This document shows, one piece after another, positions 36,816 to 49,735 of a stretch of 64,000 nucleotides of DNA. The position numbers and the translations under genes were made by a program. The DNA lies in the NCBI RefSeq assembly GCF_009914755.1, contig NC_060931.1; one strand, written 5' to 3'. Within the stretch, counting starts at the first letter, position 1. Each line of letters opens with the position of its first letter. The DNA is from the human T2T-CHM13v2.0 reference genome, Homo sapiens. The notes below the pieces were generated by a model. That model saw only the letters and a list, made by a program, of their open reading frames with translations. It made no database searches and was not told the DNA's origin.

Positions 36816-37779
36816 AAGCAAATTAATTACAAATAGGACCCAGTGGCATTGGTCCCACGTTTCTTCAGCCTGCTGTTCACTCCTAAGCATGCATCCTGGT
36901 CATCTCCATAGGACACCCAGAGAAGAGCTGATCAATATTTTGGTGTCAAGGGGAGGAAGAAGGAGCTGGTGAGAGGGAATATTTTGAAATTCTTTCTGTG
37001 AGCTCTGTTAGAAGTATGCCTCAGTTCACTGACCTTGAAAATTAACCTAGGGTGATCAGAGGACTAAGCCCCAGAATAAACAAACAAGCAAGATAATTCA
37101 TTTTTAATTTTGACCAAATGTTAACAACATATTGTGCTTCCATGATGCCAAAACTTATTAGTTTAATGAAAAACAACATCAGTTAAGTCATTGGAAACAC
37201 ACAAAAATCAATATGGGTGTTATTCTATAGATCAAGCTATCACTTTATAGATGGGATTTCTCTACCATTCATGTATTTGTTTATCACTTGACATAGTTAG
37301 AGGTCGCTCTGAGCAGATGCTGGTGCCTCAAAGACAACAGTTATGAAAAAATGAAGTCGGAGAAGGAAATGTGATGAAAAAGTCTCTAGTACCCTTCAGA
37401 GCCATAAAGGAACCACTGGAAACATTCCATTTTCTAATAAAGTGATTACTAAATTTTAAAAAATAGCACAGTGGAATCTATTTACTACTAGGTTGAAAAC
37501 GTTTGGGTATAAAGAAATTGTAGACTGTGTAAAAACATCTTCCACACCAATAATAATCTCCCAGCCACGCTGATGCATTAAGCTACTTTATAATAAGAGT
37601 TGCTGGGTAGCTAAAGGGATAGGAGGCTCTGGAATGAAGGTATTTCATATCTCATATAAAAGCATAGTATGTAAAATAGGGAGAGATGTTATTGTAAGTT
37701 CCTAAGAATTTGGAGAAGAAAAGCCTTTTATTTATCTGTGTAAGCTAAAAAAGAAATATCAAACAATAACAGTATCTTA

Positions 37780-38000
37780 CATTTATAAATTATCGTACTC
37801 TCAAATATTTGACATGATTTCAGGTCTCTTTTATCACTCTATTCCTGCTAACAGCGCTGTGTCAGGTAGGCATTATCACCCCTGATTGATGAGGAAATGA
37901 AGGCATTGTTAAGTCATTTGCTCAAAGTTACTGGTAGGGCAAAAACTACAACGCAGGTTATGTACCTACTAAATTGGAGTTTATTTATACACTGCATTTT
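37780..38000 (-). mobile_element. MIR SINE
   Basis: aggtaggcattatcacccct...gatgaggaaatgaaggc...ttaagtcatttgctcaaagttac. Confidence 0.7.
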
Positions 38001-38519
38001 TTTGTCTGTCTTGAGCATTTGTCATCATGGCACAAATGTATCTGAATGAAACATGAAAGAAAATAAGCAAATAGACAAAAAGAAAAAACCCAGTACCTAA
38101 TTTGCTTTGTTTACATATCATTTAATATTTAGACATGCCCAAATCAATGAAAGTAAAGTGCAGTGTTCCAAAAAATGTCTAGGTGATTGACTACTATCTT
38201 TCCTTGTATCCAGATGCTATAGCATCATTTAGACCCAGATAAAGTTAAAATATAGACAGACAGACATGAACACCAAAAATCTGAATCAAATTATGCATTT
38301 GGTAGTAGTCCTATCTTTGACTCAGGTTTGAATATAGCTAGATGCCTGTCACGTTTAGGTTTGTACCAACAAAAAAAAGGAAACAATCAGTGGAAATAAT
38401 GGGGACAAATTTAGAGATACATAATAGAATCTTATGCTTCATTTGGGATTTTTTGAAAAGATTTGTTAAAAGAATGTTCCAATTTAAGCCCTTGATGATG
38501 TACTTCTGAATAACCTTGG

Positions 38520-40290
38520 CTATTAACAAAAATATACCCTGAAATTAGATGACCTGGATTCCTATCACGTGAGACTGATAATGGATATGTGCTGACACTG
38601 TCTTGGTGACTGGGATTAATTGGGATATGGAATATAGCACTGGAAAAAAAAATCCAGACAAACCAAACACAAGAACAAACCAAGACCCTGCTGTCATGGT
38701 GGTCAGAGTCTAGTAAGGGAAGAAAGATAGAAAATAAAAAATCCTAACTATATGCCATTCCAAGGGGCTAGGATGAAAAATAAAGCAAGGTAAGAAGAAA
38801 GAGATAGAGAGTGACTGGGGTGTTCTTTTAGATAAGGGAACAGGCAAAGCAGTTTGTGGACAAGGTAAAATTTTAATAATAAATTTAACTCAATTTACAA
38901 TTTTGAAAAAGCTGGATTTTTCAAAGGTGGTTGATGTGAAAATAGTAAGGCAATACGTGGTGGCAGAACCATGCCATGTTTACCTTTTGTTCACCTGCTG
39001 TTTCCTTTGCCAGAAGCATCTCCTTTGTTCCCATATCCCACCCAGGTATCTCCTTTGCCTAGGTGATTGTGGTAACTCCTGTTTATTTTTCAGGTCTCAA
39101 CTTGTGTGATCCTTTGCTCAGATGGGCATTCTCTTCAATTCCCCCTAAACACCTTGTACTTCTACTTTTGTAATAGGAATCACATTTGTAATTGTGTGTT
39201 TATTATCGGTCTTCCCACTTGATTGAGTTATAAGAGTGCTAAGATCATGTTGCTCTGTTAACCTTTGCATTTTCTTTCTTCTATCCTTGTGGAGCTTGCA
39301 GATAAGAAAATATGAGTTTATCTCCTAGTTGGGGAATTGAACTCACTCACATGTATCAACGCATATAATAATAGAATGTTTGAAGCTCAATGCTGATCAC
39401 ATATTGAGGGGAGTAAACATGGGTGTCAGTAAGTTAGATTTTGGAGTGATAAGAACATGGCTTTAGAACATTTCTGTTTTTTTGTGATTGCATTGTGTAG
39501 CTAGCAATGTCCTGTTGTTGTTTGCTGTTCTTAAGAAAGGTACCATGTAACAAACTCTGGTAACTGAAGTCACGAATGGCTCTTTTTGCTAGTAGTTTGC
39601 CTAGTTAACTGGTAGCTGACAAGCTAGTTGTATTTTTGGGGGTTCTTTGGGGAAAGTGCTTAATAAGCTCAGCTATAAACTACAGAAAGGAGGCTATTGT
39701 GACCATTGGTAGACTTAAAAAAAAGGAAGTGACGTCATTGGTTCACTTGCTCTTAGAGACATTCTGGTTGCTAGGTAGAAAATGTATTGTAAGGGGCCCA
39801 GAGAAGAAGAAGAGAGACTGTTTAGAAATCTATATTAATATCCCAGACAAGAGAATATGGGGGCTTAGAGTTGTGGAAATGGAGGAGAGAAGCATTCATA
39901 TTTAGGTTGTGTCTTGGAAATCGGATCAAGAGGATTTGTTTTATGGATACAGGGTGAGAAGGAAATAAAGATGTCTGCTGATTTCTGGTATGAGTATCCA
40001 GATAAATGGTGGTGCCATTCACTGAGATGGCAAGCCTTGATGGTGGCCAATTGATAGTGAGAGTTTTATTATGAATAGTTTTAAGTTTGAGATGCCAAAT
40101 TACACATACAGCTCTATGTTCTGGGCTAAGACTACAAATTACTGCATTTATTATGATGTTTGGAAATAATTTTTAAACCTTTTCTCTCTGAATTGTGAAC
40201 TCCTTCTCAGCATAGCATGCTTTTGTATTCCCTCTTGTACTCCTTATTTCTGGAGTCTCTCAATTACCTGGACGGATGAACGGATGGATG
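38520..40290. mobile_element. Cluster of L2 fragments in alternating orientation (- about 38520-38880; + about 38960-39290; - about 39740-40160; + about 40185-40290)
   Basis: agaccctgctgtcatggtggtcagagtctagt; tatcggtcttcccacttgattgag; ggtggtgccattcactgagatgg; tgaattgtgaactcctt. Confidence 0.6.
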
Positions 40291-40401
40291 ATGACAGGGA
40301 CTTCTACACTGCTTACTCTTTATTTCTCTGTATTTCCTCTCCCTCTCCCCCTATTCACTTTATGTGCCACCTCCCTGCTTTCTGAAGTTTAACAGAAGCA
40401 C

Positions 40402-40768
40402 TGTATTAATTTGTTCTTTTGTTGCTAATACAGGCATACTTGAGACTGGGTAATTCATAAAGGAAAGAGGTTTAATTGACAATTTGGCATGGCTGGGAGG
40501 CATCAGGAAACTTACGATCGTAGCAGAAGGGGAAGCAAACGTGTCCTTCACATGGTGACAGCAAGGAGAAGTGCTGAGCAAAGGGGGAAAAGCCTCTTAT
40601 AAAACCCTCAGATCTCATGAAAACTCATTCACTATCATCAGAACAGCATGGAGGTAACCACCCCCATGATTCAGTTACCTCCCACCAGGTCCTTCCCATG
40701 ACACATGGGGATTATGGGAACTACAGTTCAAGATGAGATTTGAGTGGGGACACAGCAAAACCATATCA
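40402..40768 (-). mobile_element. THE1C solo LTR with perfect 5-bp TSD, inserted in a MIR
   Basis: tgtattaatttgttc...gagaagtgctgagcaaagggggaaaagcc...gagtggggacacagcaaaaccatatca. TSD agcac at 40397-40401 and 40769-40773. MIR continues 40774-40920. Confidence 0.93.
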
Positions 40769-41074
40769 AGCACTAAACTGGGAATTATCACATTTGTGTA
40801 CTAGCTGTGTGACACTGGGAGCTCTAATTAATATTTTTCTGGGCCTCAGCTTCTTCATCTGAAAGATGAGGCAGTTGGACATGATCTCTAAATTTCCTTT
40901 CAGCTTGAAAATTCTGTAATTGGTATTTTTTTCTCTGAGATGTTCAAATCAAATATGTACTTTTAGACCTTACTTTTTATATTTTCAAAGGCATGCATTT
41001 TTAGAAAGAGACAATTTAGAGATAATCAGTTCAACTCACTCGTGTGAAAGGCGAGGGGAATGGAGCCCTATGAT

Positions 41075-41290
41075 ATGCTCGTCCATTTATAAAGTAAGGC
41101 TACCAATGATAGTAACAATAGCAATAGTTACAGCAATGATGATTGCTTCTCATCCTTTGGCTAAGATCAAGTGTAATAATAGTAATGATAAAAAGAACAC
41201 CTATATCAAAATATTCTTGTGGAACTAAAATTAGATAAAACATATAAAAGTGTCTAGCTAGGAGTAAATGTTCAATAAATATTGATTCTC
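41075..41290 (+). mobile_element. MIR SINE interrupted by the U2 fragment
   Basis: ccatttataaagtaagg...[U2]...cacctatatcaaaatattcttgtggaactaaaattagataaaacatataaaagtgtctagc...ttcaataaatattg. Confidence 0.6.
41142..41178 (+). pseudogene. 3'-truncated U2 snRNA retrocopy (about U2 nt 1-38)
   Basis: attgcttctcatcctttggctaagatcaagtgtaata versus U2 5' end ATCGCTTCTCGGCCTTTTGGCTAAGATCAAGTGTAGTA. Flanked by a degenerate 12-bp direct repeat acagcaatgatg / atagtaatgata. Confidence 0.9.
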
Positions 41291-41479
41291 ACAGTGGTTT
41301 TTAATATTAAATGTCATGTGACTTGCCCCCAAATATCTGGCTGGTGACTGGCAAAGCTGGGACTGAACCATTTCCTTAAGGCATACAAGCCATTCATTTT
41401 TCTTCTAGGCCCCTTCTTGTCTTTTCCTCCAACAATCAGAGCTAAACCATCCTTCTTCATACAATATGGAGATAATACA

Positions 41480-41730
41480 GTGAAATAGTTATGAACATAC
41501 CTTAGGGGTAGGATAAAACCTGGGTTTCAAACTAAATTCTGATATTCTCTTTCTGGGACACTGGGTAAGTTACTGAATGTTTCTGAATCTCAGTCTCTTC
41601 ATCTGTAAAATGAGGATAAAGATAATGGGTACCAACCTCAAAGAGATGTAGTAAGGATAAAAGACATTATGTCAAGTACTTGGAACAGGTCATGGCATGA
41701 ATAAGGTCAATAAATAGTATCTATCTTAAT
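41480..41730 (+). mobile_element. MIR SINE
   Basis: cctgggtttcaaac...ctgggtaagttactgaatgtttctgaatctcagtctcttcatctgtaaaatgaggata. Confidence 0.8.
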
Positions 41731-42149
41731 TATCAACTTTTCCCCCACGTGCTAAGTGGCAGAAGTTCTCCACATTGTCTCCTCATTGCCTAGACAGAAG
41801 TTATTACACGTACTCTTGAAAGAAGACTTGGACATTACCACTCATGGCAGAAAAATATATCAATTCAAATGTTGACTGGAGAAATATTGTCAGAATCATT
41901 CAGTTTGGATGTTAGAAGGTGACGGTAAAGCTGAAGTCCCAGACAGCAAGCTGTATGGATTTGAGCAGAAGGATGGAGAGGCATTTAAGAGGGTGGGCAG
42001 GAAAGAGATGAAATTAGCAGACTATCCAATGTGTTTTGAATGTTTGAAAAATATTACTAGTGGTTGGTAGATGTGTGGAAATATTTTAAAAATTCAGTGA
42101 TAATTCATGTAAATCTGAGTAAATGAGGCTAGTAAAAGAAATGTCATCA

Positions 42150-42560
42150 TTGGACATCATTTGGCTCAACAGCGAACAATATTACACAGACAAAGTTATG
42201 CAAACACTGACTACGTATGTAACCATAAATTGCAACTTCACTCTCCTGGGAAGATGGGTAGGTGGAAGGGGAGGAGTTGATGGTGGTGCTGAAGAAAAGC
42301 ACCACTATCAGCTAAATTCTCATCTAAATTGACAAGAAGCTAAGGGATAATATCTAAGCTTGATAAATAAAAAATATAAGATTTATATTTAGAAACTTGC
42401 AGAAAAACAGCTAAAGAAGCTGCAAGTGGCTATACTTGGAGAATAGGACATGGGGAGTTAGAGGTTTGTTGGATAGAGGCCACTGTCTTTTCTTGTAAGC
42501 ATTTATGAACTGTTTGACTTTTAAAACAATGATCACTCTGATAGCAGAAATAGAAAAAAG
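42150..42560 (+). mobile_element. Ancient L1MC/L1ME 3' fragment
   Basis: aagtggctatacttggagaatagg...cttgtaagcatttatgaactgtttgactttttaaaac...actctgata, A-rich end. Confidence 0.5.
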
Positions 42561-43396
42561 TGATAATACATACTATCTTTTCTTTTCGTAAATAAGTTAT
42601 ATATGAGTTATCAGTAAAATTTACATGAAATTTTTCCTTTTAAAATGCTTATCAAGACTTTCACAGTGGTTGCAGAACTACAACCCTCACATACTATGTA
42701 TAAGGATGTTTATAAAATACTGTATTGGATGATAGAATTTTTCTCACATTTATATACAGATATTGTTAATGCTGGAAATAAAGCATGTATTGATTAAATT
42801 ATCAATGCACATGTATTAATAATATTACCAGACACATGTCCACAAACAAAAATTAAGGTTATAATTTTTAAAATAAATAGATACCGTAATAATGCATGAT
42901 AATGCTTATTGTTTTACTATACTTTTCTTACATTGAGTGCAGGAATTGAGTTTTTCTCATCTTTGATAACTCTTGGAACCCAACAAGGAATATATGAGTT
43001 ACAAATATTTTCATTAGTGACTTTTGTTAATTATATTTCTTCTTATGAATATGTGCAAGACAGTAAACCTTTATATTTTGTTTTAGATAATTTACTTTGT
43101 TAAAAATATGATTTTGATAGTCTCATTTAGTGGTTTTGTTGTATACTTTTTGGAAAATATGAAATTCTATTACACGCTAATTTTATAGCAGATTTATTAG
43201 CAGATCCTACAATCTTAAAAACAATATAGTAGTGATTCTTATTTGGGGAAGATCAATGACAATCACAGAATCACCTGGGAAATTTCAGAAATTAAGTTAC
43301 TACCCACCTTGGATATTCGAAATAACTCTCCCAATACCATGGGAGAGCAGGGTGATGGTTCTTATCAGAATCTGAAAGAAGTAATCCACTTGAACT

Positions 43397-45775
43397 GGGA
43401 CTTCTGCTGTCGGTAAAAGTGAAGTAATTGGGGCCAAATTTACACTGAAACAACCAAGAATTAATAAAATGTGTGAAACGACAAGTTTAAAGATGTTGGA
43501 CATCAGACACTGAAAGATAGTGAATCCCTGAGAGTAGAAAAATAAACAAGGTGAGCCCTACAGTTTCCCTTACTTATTGCCTTGAGAGGGTTTCCAGGCC
43601 ACTGTGCAGGGAAGGAAAACCCAAGTGAAGCCCAGGGGACACCCTAAGTGAGGAGATGAAGCTGAGTGAATGGGGAGGTCAAGGCGGTTAGGATTCACAT
43701 ACAAAAAAAGAGTCCTCGAAAGGAGAGAGCTGCTTTTAAAGAGAATTTCCAAGGTCTGCAGAGAGTACCTTTCAATTCAGTGGAATAATAATTACCATGT
43801 AAATGTGAAGAAATTAACCAGCCTACAGAAGGAACCAGCTGAAAATGTTAGGGGTAACAGTGGCTAACACTCACACAGTGCCAGCAATAGTGCTGGTTTC
43901 CTCCAGTCAGACTTGAAAACCTCATGATTCATGGGCTGAAAGGTTCTTGTCTCAGTGGTGAAGAATAACTAACCCATGACTGAGCATGCTCCAGACCTTC
44001 CCAACAAATCATAAAACCAAAGCCAGAATGAATCAAACTATTTCTAAGTAACAACTCTTCCAGAACAAAGCTTAAGTATATTTATTGAAATCCAAAAATA
44101 ATGAGCACCCATCAAGGAAGATCTACAATGTCTGGCATTTAATTGAAAACTATCAGGCATGTAAAGAAGCAGGAAAACACAACCACTAATGAGGAGAAAA
44201 ATCAAACAATCAAAAGTTATCCAGAGATGACATGAATGTTAGATTGAGTAGATATGGAAGAGATGGACTTCAAGGTAGTCATTACAACTCTATCCCATAT
44301 GTTCAAAAAGTTTAGATATGGAAGATACAAAAAAGACCTAAATTAAACTCTGGAAAAGATGAATAAACTTGAAGACATAACAATAGAGATTATCCAAAAT
44401 GAAACACAGGAGAAAAGAGGATATGAAAGAGGACATCAGTGAGTTGTGGGATAACTTCAAGCAACCTAATATATATATAATTAAGGTCACTGAAGGAAAG
44501 GGAGGGAGGATTGGAAAGAAAGATATTTGAAGAAATGATGCTTAAAATTGTTCCAATTTTGATAAAGTTATAAATCCAAGAAGTCCAATGAACCCTAATC
44601 ACAAAAAATATGAAGAAATCTTCAACAAGGCACATCATAAACAAATTTATCAAAACCAGTGATAAATATAAAGAGGGAAGGGCGTTAAAACTGGTTGCCA
44701 CATGGGTAAATAAAGAAGAATTTTTGGTATAATTTAAATCTCAAAAATTGCTTAAACCAAAACAATCACAATGTAATATGGAGTTAAAAACATGAGTGAG
44801 AATCAAATACATGGCAGTAAAAGCACAAATGTCAGAAGGGGGAAAATGGAAGTATATTAATATAAGGTTTTTATACTATATATAAAGTGGTATAATATCA
44901 CTTGAAGGTAAACTGTGATAAGTTAAAGATGTATAGAGTTAACTCTAAAGCAGTAACTAAAATAACAAAACTAACAACAGAGAGGATAAAATGGAGTAAC
45001 AAAAATATTTAGTTAATCCAAAATAAGTGAAAACAGAGGAAAAGAGAAAGAACAGATAGAACATTTAGAAAACTAATAGCGAGATAATGATAGATTTAAA
45101 CCTAACCATATCATGAATTAAAATAAATGTAAATAGCCTAAATATTTTAATGAAAAGGCAGATATTGTCAGATTATGTGAAAATTAAGATCTATTAATAA
45201 CTATATGTGGCTTGGGAGAAACACTTTATCAATTATAAGAAAAAAAAGAAAAAATATACAATGTTAACATTAACAAAACAAAGCTGGGTTGGCTATATTT
45301 AATATAAAAGTGGATCTGTGAGCAAAAAAATAGTACTGGATATAAAGAAGGTAATTTCATAATAATTAATGGGTAAATTCATTAAATGGTCATGTAATTA
45401 TAAGCATTTATGTATCTAATTTCAGAGCTTCAAAATACATGAAGCAAAAATTGCTAGAACTTTTATAGCAGTGAGAGAGTTAAGAGATTCCAACACCACT
45501 TTCTCAGTAATTGATAGAACAAGTAAGCAAAAAAAATCGTAAACTATATGGAATATTTGAACAACACAACCAACAAATTGATCTAATCTGCAGGTATAGA
45601 AAACTCTATGCAACAAGAGCAGAATATACAGTGTTTTCAAATCTACATAGTGTGTTATCCAATGTGGATCATATTCTAGGCCATGAAACAGTCTCAGTAA
45701 ATTAGAAAAGTATTCAAGTCACAAAAACTAGTTTCTCTGACCACAGCAAAAATAAATTGGAAATCAGTAAAATAG
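43397..45775 (+). mobile_element. Ancient L1M (L1MC/MD/ME-type): 5'UTR, deleted ORF1, inter-ORF and start of ORF2 endonuclease; 3' part absent
   Basis: Begins gggacttctgct...gatgttggacatcag...gagggtttccaggccac. ORF1-like gaagaaatgatgcttaaaattgttccaatt. EN-like aaatgtaaatagcctaaat, gagattccaacaccactttctc, gcagaatatacagtgttttcaa, tctctgaccacagc. Confidence 0.85.
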
Positions 45776-46555
45776 TCCATTTAATAACTAAATGAAATTA
45801 CTTATACAACAATTCAAGTGAAAGTCTCCTTTGATTTTAGGGACAAAAACCTATCAACTCTCACCTCAGGAGGAAAAATTATTATGTTAGATTATGCAAA
45901 AATTACCAATATAGGAATACCATTTTAGGTACAAGTTTACACAGGCAAAATAATGTGGGTACTATGAGAAAGACTTATTCAGCAAATATACATGTACTTT
46001 GGATAAATGGAAGGAATTAGGAGACTTTGAGATCTGGAAGGTATAATGCATAGCGTAATTTTATTTTCTCTTTGCATTGCAAATACAGCCTAAAAGTCAC
46101 TGAAAACACTTTTCCTTCAGACAACATTTAAATTGAATTTACATGCATTTGAGCTATCCCTCCTTGACCCCCATGATGATTGTCCTTTTGGGGGTAGATA
46201 TTTTGAAATTGGTTCTACCATGTATGTGTAGCTAACTCACTTCATTCATTATTTCTGCTCAATACATATACTGCTACTATAAAACTCTTCATTGACCTTC
46301 AATTGCATCTCATCCACTCCCACCTATGTATTTTTGCTCATGTTGAAACTCCACATTGAATATATTAATACCTTTTCCTTCCATTTTGCTTTCCAAACCT
46401 TATCCATGCAAGCTCCCATCTTACCTGCTATGGACTTCTCCTCTATTATTCTGATGTGTCACTTATGTTTCTTCTCTGAACTCCTACAGAATTTCATAGA
46501 TAATTACGACTAAAGCAATATCACACAGACTCTCTTGTTAATTAATTTTGTATTC

Positions 46556-46737
46556 AGCAGGTTTTAAACTATAGTATACATTATAATTACTTGGGGGTGA
46601 TTGTAACAATGCAGATTTGGGGCCAAATCCTCAAAAATCCCAGACCACTAAAACTGGGGGCTCAGGAATTTATATTTTATAAAAAATCCCAGGAGATTCT
46701 GATGTGATGATTTGCAAATCACACTTTGGAAAAAACA
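46556..46737. mobile_element. MER5A/B MITE nested in an L2 3' fragment (about 46300-46870)
   Basis: cagcaggttttaaact...aatgcagatttggggcc...ggctcaggaatttatattttat...cccaggagattctgatg...cacactttggaaaa. Confidence 0.75.
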
Positions 46738-46994
46738 AATTTCTTTAATGGATTTTAATAATTTGTCTAGTTCACACGTAGATGCACAGTATCTAATCCT
46801 TCTTTTATATTTTTATGTCAACAGGTAGCATGCTAAGCATATAATGGATCCTTAATAAATGCTTGTCCACCTATTGACGTAGTACAGTTAAACATTTTGT
46901 GTATGTACTCTTCAGTTAGCTTTTTAAATAAATGATTGCATACCAGGTGTTTTAATTTTTAATTTTTTTTCTAAGCTTATGATTTTGCTTTTCA

Positions 46995-47205
46995 TTTGAA
47001 TAATGGAATTTTAGAGCTGGAAGGGATCTGTAGAATTAATTTAGCTCGGTTCTCTCTTATTTTTTCTGGAGGCAATTGAGGGCAAAAGAGGTTAAGTGAC
47101 TTAACCGAGTTCATACAGTTAATTAGAAAGAGAGCTACATCCGCAATCCAACTCTCCAGGCTCCCAAGCCTAGTGTTCTTGCTGGGGCACATGTTGCCTC
47201 TTACC
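46995..47205 (-). mobile_element. MIR/MIR3 SINE
   Basis: ggaattttagagctggaagggatct...gaggttaagtgacttaaccgagttcatacag. Confidence 0.75.
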
Positions 47206-47324
47206 AAGAAATTTGCCCGGTAGTTCTAGTTAGTCACACAAGTGAGAAGATTCAAACATGCATTTGTCAATAATTTGAGTGACTAAAAACTTTATGTCAC
47301 TCTTTAGAAATCACAGCAACTGTT

Positions 47325-47542
47325 GCTTTAGCTTGTTTGCTGTGGATAACTTTAGATTCAATACTTCTTTGTTTTGGGGGCTTTCTTGTACATTGTAGAA
47401 ATTTTAGCAGGATCCCTGACCTCTAATCCCTCACTCATTGCCAGGAGCACCCTCCTACCACGATTGTGTCAATCAGAAAGGTCTTTAGACATTGAAGAAT
47501 ATTCTCTGGCAAGCAAAATCACCTGCAGTTGAAAACCTCTAC
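47325..47542 (+). mobile_element. MER20 hAT-Charlie MITE
   Basis: ttctttgttttgggggc...gtacattgtagaaattttagcaggatccctgacctcta...gtctttagacattg...gcaaaatcacctgcagttgaaaacc. Confidence 0.8.
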
Positions 47543-49584
47543 TTACAGACAAAGACATAGATCACAGATTCTTGAAAGACTCATAAAGAATGTTTACATG
47601 GAAGGATGCTTGGCATTTGAAATGATCCCTACCCGAAGACATCATAGGCATATGCCATAAACAAAAGAATAGTGAAGTTAGGAGTGCAGTGCAATGTTAT
47701 AATGTAGACCGTACTGAGGCAGATGATGGTGTCATTTTGATTTTACGGCTTTTGTATTTGTATGAATTTTTATTATGCTTCTTAAAAATTTTACTTATCA
47801 GTTCTAAAGTGCCTGTTTCTTTAAGTAGAGCATTATGTTATGGTATAAAGAGTGGTTTTCATCATTTACAAACCAACATATATCTATTCTAGACATGAAG
47901 CATTTGTTTTGCAGAATTTTCAAAAGTCAAGAAAAATTATGTAGCTATACCCTTTAGAAAATGTAAATACATATAGTGCTTTGTTATATGCAATGTCTTA
48001 TCTTCTTTTATTTACTCTTTTCTTTGATTGCAGAAGCTTAGGGAAGCTATTTGACCACTTAGTCTAGCTTGACCTTAACAGAATAGTTTCTTAATGGATA
48101 TCTACTCATCTTTGCTGCAGTACTGAAGGAAACAACTTCTTTCTACTTTCACAGAAGAGGATATAAACTGAGGTTTAACAGATGAGCAACATGTTATCAA
48201 GCAGCTACCAGGGAAATGTCTCTTCAGTGCTATCAAGGGTCCAAAATAAAGGAAGAGGAATATTATTAAGGGAAAGTTTTATCCCAAAGAGTAGCTTGTG
48301 AAATTGAGGCAGCATGGAGGGAGTAGAAGATTGAGTTTCAGTTCAGGCTTTGTCACTAGGACAATTTCTACTCTTGGGATCATTTTTATTCATCAATTAA
48401 TGACAGTGTTGGGCCAGTTGATCTTGTACATGCCTGTGCTGCATATCTACAGTAGAAATTGTAATTATTTATGTTGCTCAAAATAAAATATTTTTAAGCA
48501 AAAAGATGAAAAATAGTATTAGAAAAACGCCTCAACTGATAACATAAACAACATAAACCTAATCAGGAAATACTGTCCTCTTGTAGAGTTAAATATGAGA
48601 TTTTACTTCGAGGGCATATGTACATATATACCTCAATACACAATGGTTCTAATTAAAATAAAACAAAATACTAATCTGCAAATAACTTTCTTTTTCTATG
48701 TTTGAAACAAAATACTGTATTTGCTCTTAGCAACTCTCTGCTCAGTTAGGTCAATTAGTGGTTTAATATTTAAAGGAAATACTCAGCTTTATAATATTGA
48801 TGATTTTCATAATTAAAGAAATTATAAATATCAACTGCTTAGACTCCAGTGAGCTTATTAACATGCAGTAGAGAATACAAATGTTCATAACTGATACCAT
48901 TTTTCTTAATCCATGGCAACTAAGCACTGTCAGCCCTTAATACAATTACATCAAGCTCTCATACAAGTTAGCTTCTGGCCAAATGGTCTGACACAGGCAG
49001 TCAATATCTGGGCTTAATTATGTTGATAAACAACAAAAGTCACTTTTTTGTGTGTAGGCTAAATGCTCACAGTGGGTAGAGAGACCAGCTGTTGTACTTT
49101 TGATTTCACCGTAAAGATTGTAGCAAAAGGTCAGAACTCTTTTGATGCCAGCTAATTAAAATATCAATAATTATGCAACTTATAAATTTGCTCTTAGTGT
49201 GTAAAGCTGAAACCTCTTTTTCATATATTTTGTGACTAGGTACTTTAGGGTAATTATTTTGATGTGTTAAGTGTCAAGGAGATTGACATGTTAAAGAATA
49301 CTCAGGCAATCATTCCTGGAGTTGGGTTTTCTTCCTTCACAAAATTGAGTACATGAAAGTATGGTCCTCCCATTCATGACAAAGGGAAACTGAGTTCGGG
49401 AGAGAAAGTCACAAATATGGAGGAAAGTATGTTCCATCAGATCATTACTGAAACGAGATGGGGATATTCTTTACTAGTGGTTTTTGGGCCTATTATTATA
49501 TGCCTGTGAGTATTCCAGCGTAATTAATTGTGTTAGCTTCCTTAAAAATTTGTCCCTTTAGATCACACTGCAATCTATGGACTC

Positions 49585-49735
49585 TGTCTTAGAGTCACTG
49601 AGTGTTCTTATTAAAATGCATATTCCCTGGCCTCATGGTCAGATGTTCTGTTTCAGTAGGTCTGGAGTAGAGCTTGTGAATATACTTCATAAATATTTGT
49701 TCTGATACTCATTAAAAGTTCTCAAACCACTAACT
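49585..49735. mobile_element. MER5B-like fragment
   Basis: ttagagtcactgag...ttattaaaatgcatattccctggcc...tcagtaggtctggagtagagc...aaaccact. Confidence 0.65.

Noticed and set aside
41142-41178. Functional U2 snRNA gene
   Set aside because: Only ~38 of ~190 nt present, mutated, and no Sm site, PSE or 3' box.
43326-43347. Hairpin ctctccca-N6-tgggagag
   Set aside because: An 8-bp stem is expected by chance in 64 kb and is too short for a miRNA precursor.
47995-48040. Strong polypyrimidine acceptor (also at about 36420, 61938 and 62852)
   Set aside because: No matching donor with an open frame. Such AGs are common in AT-rich DNA.
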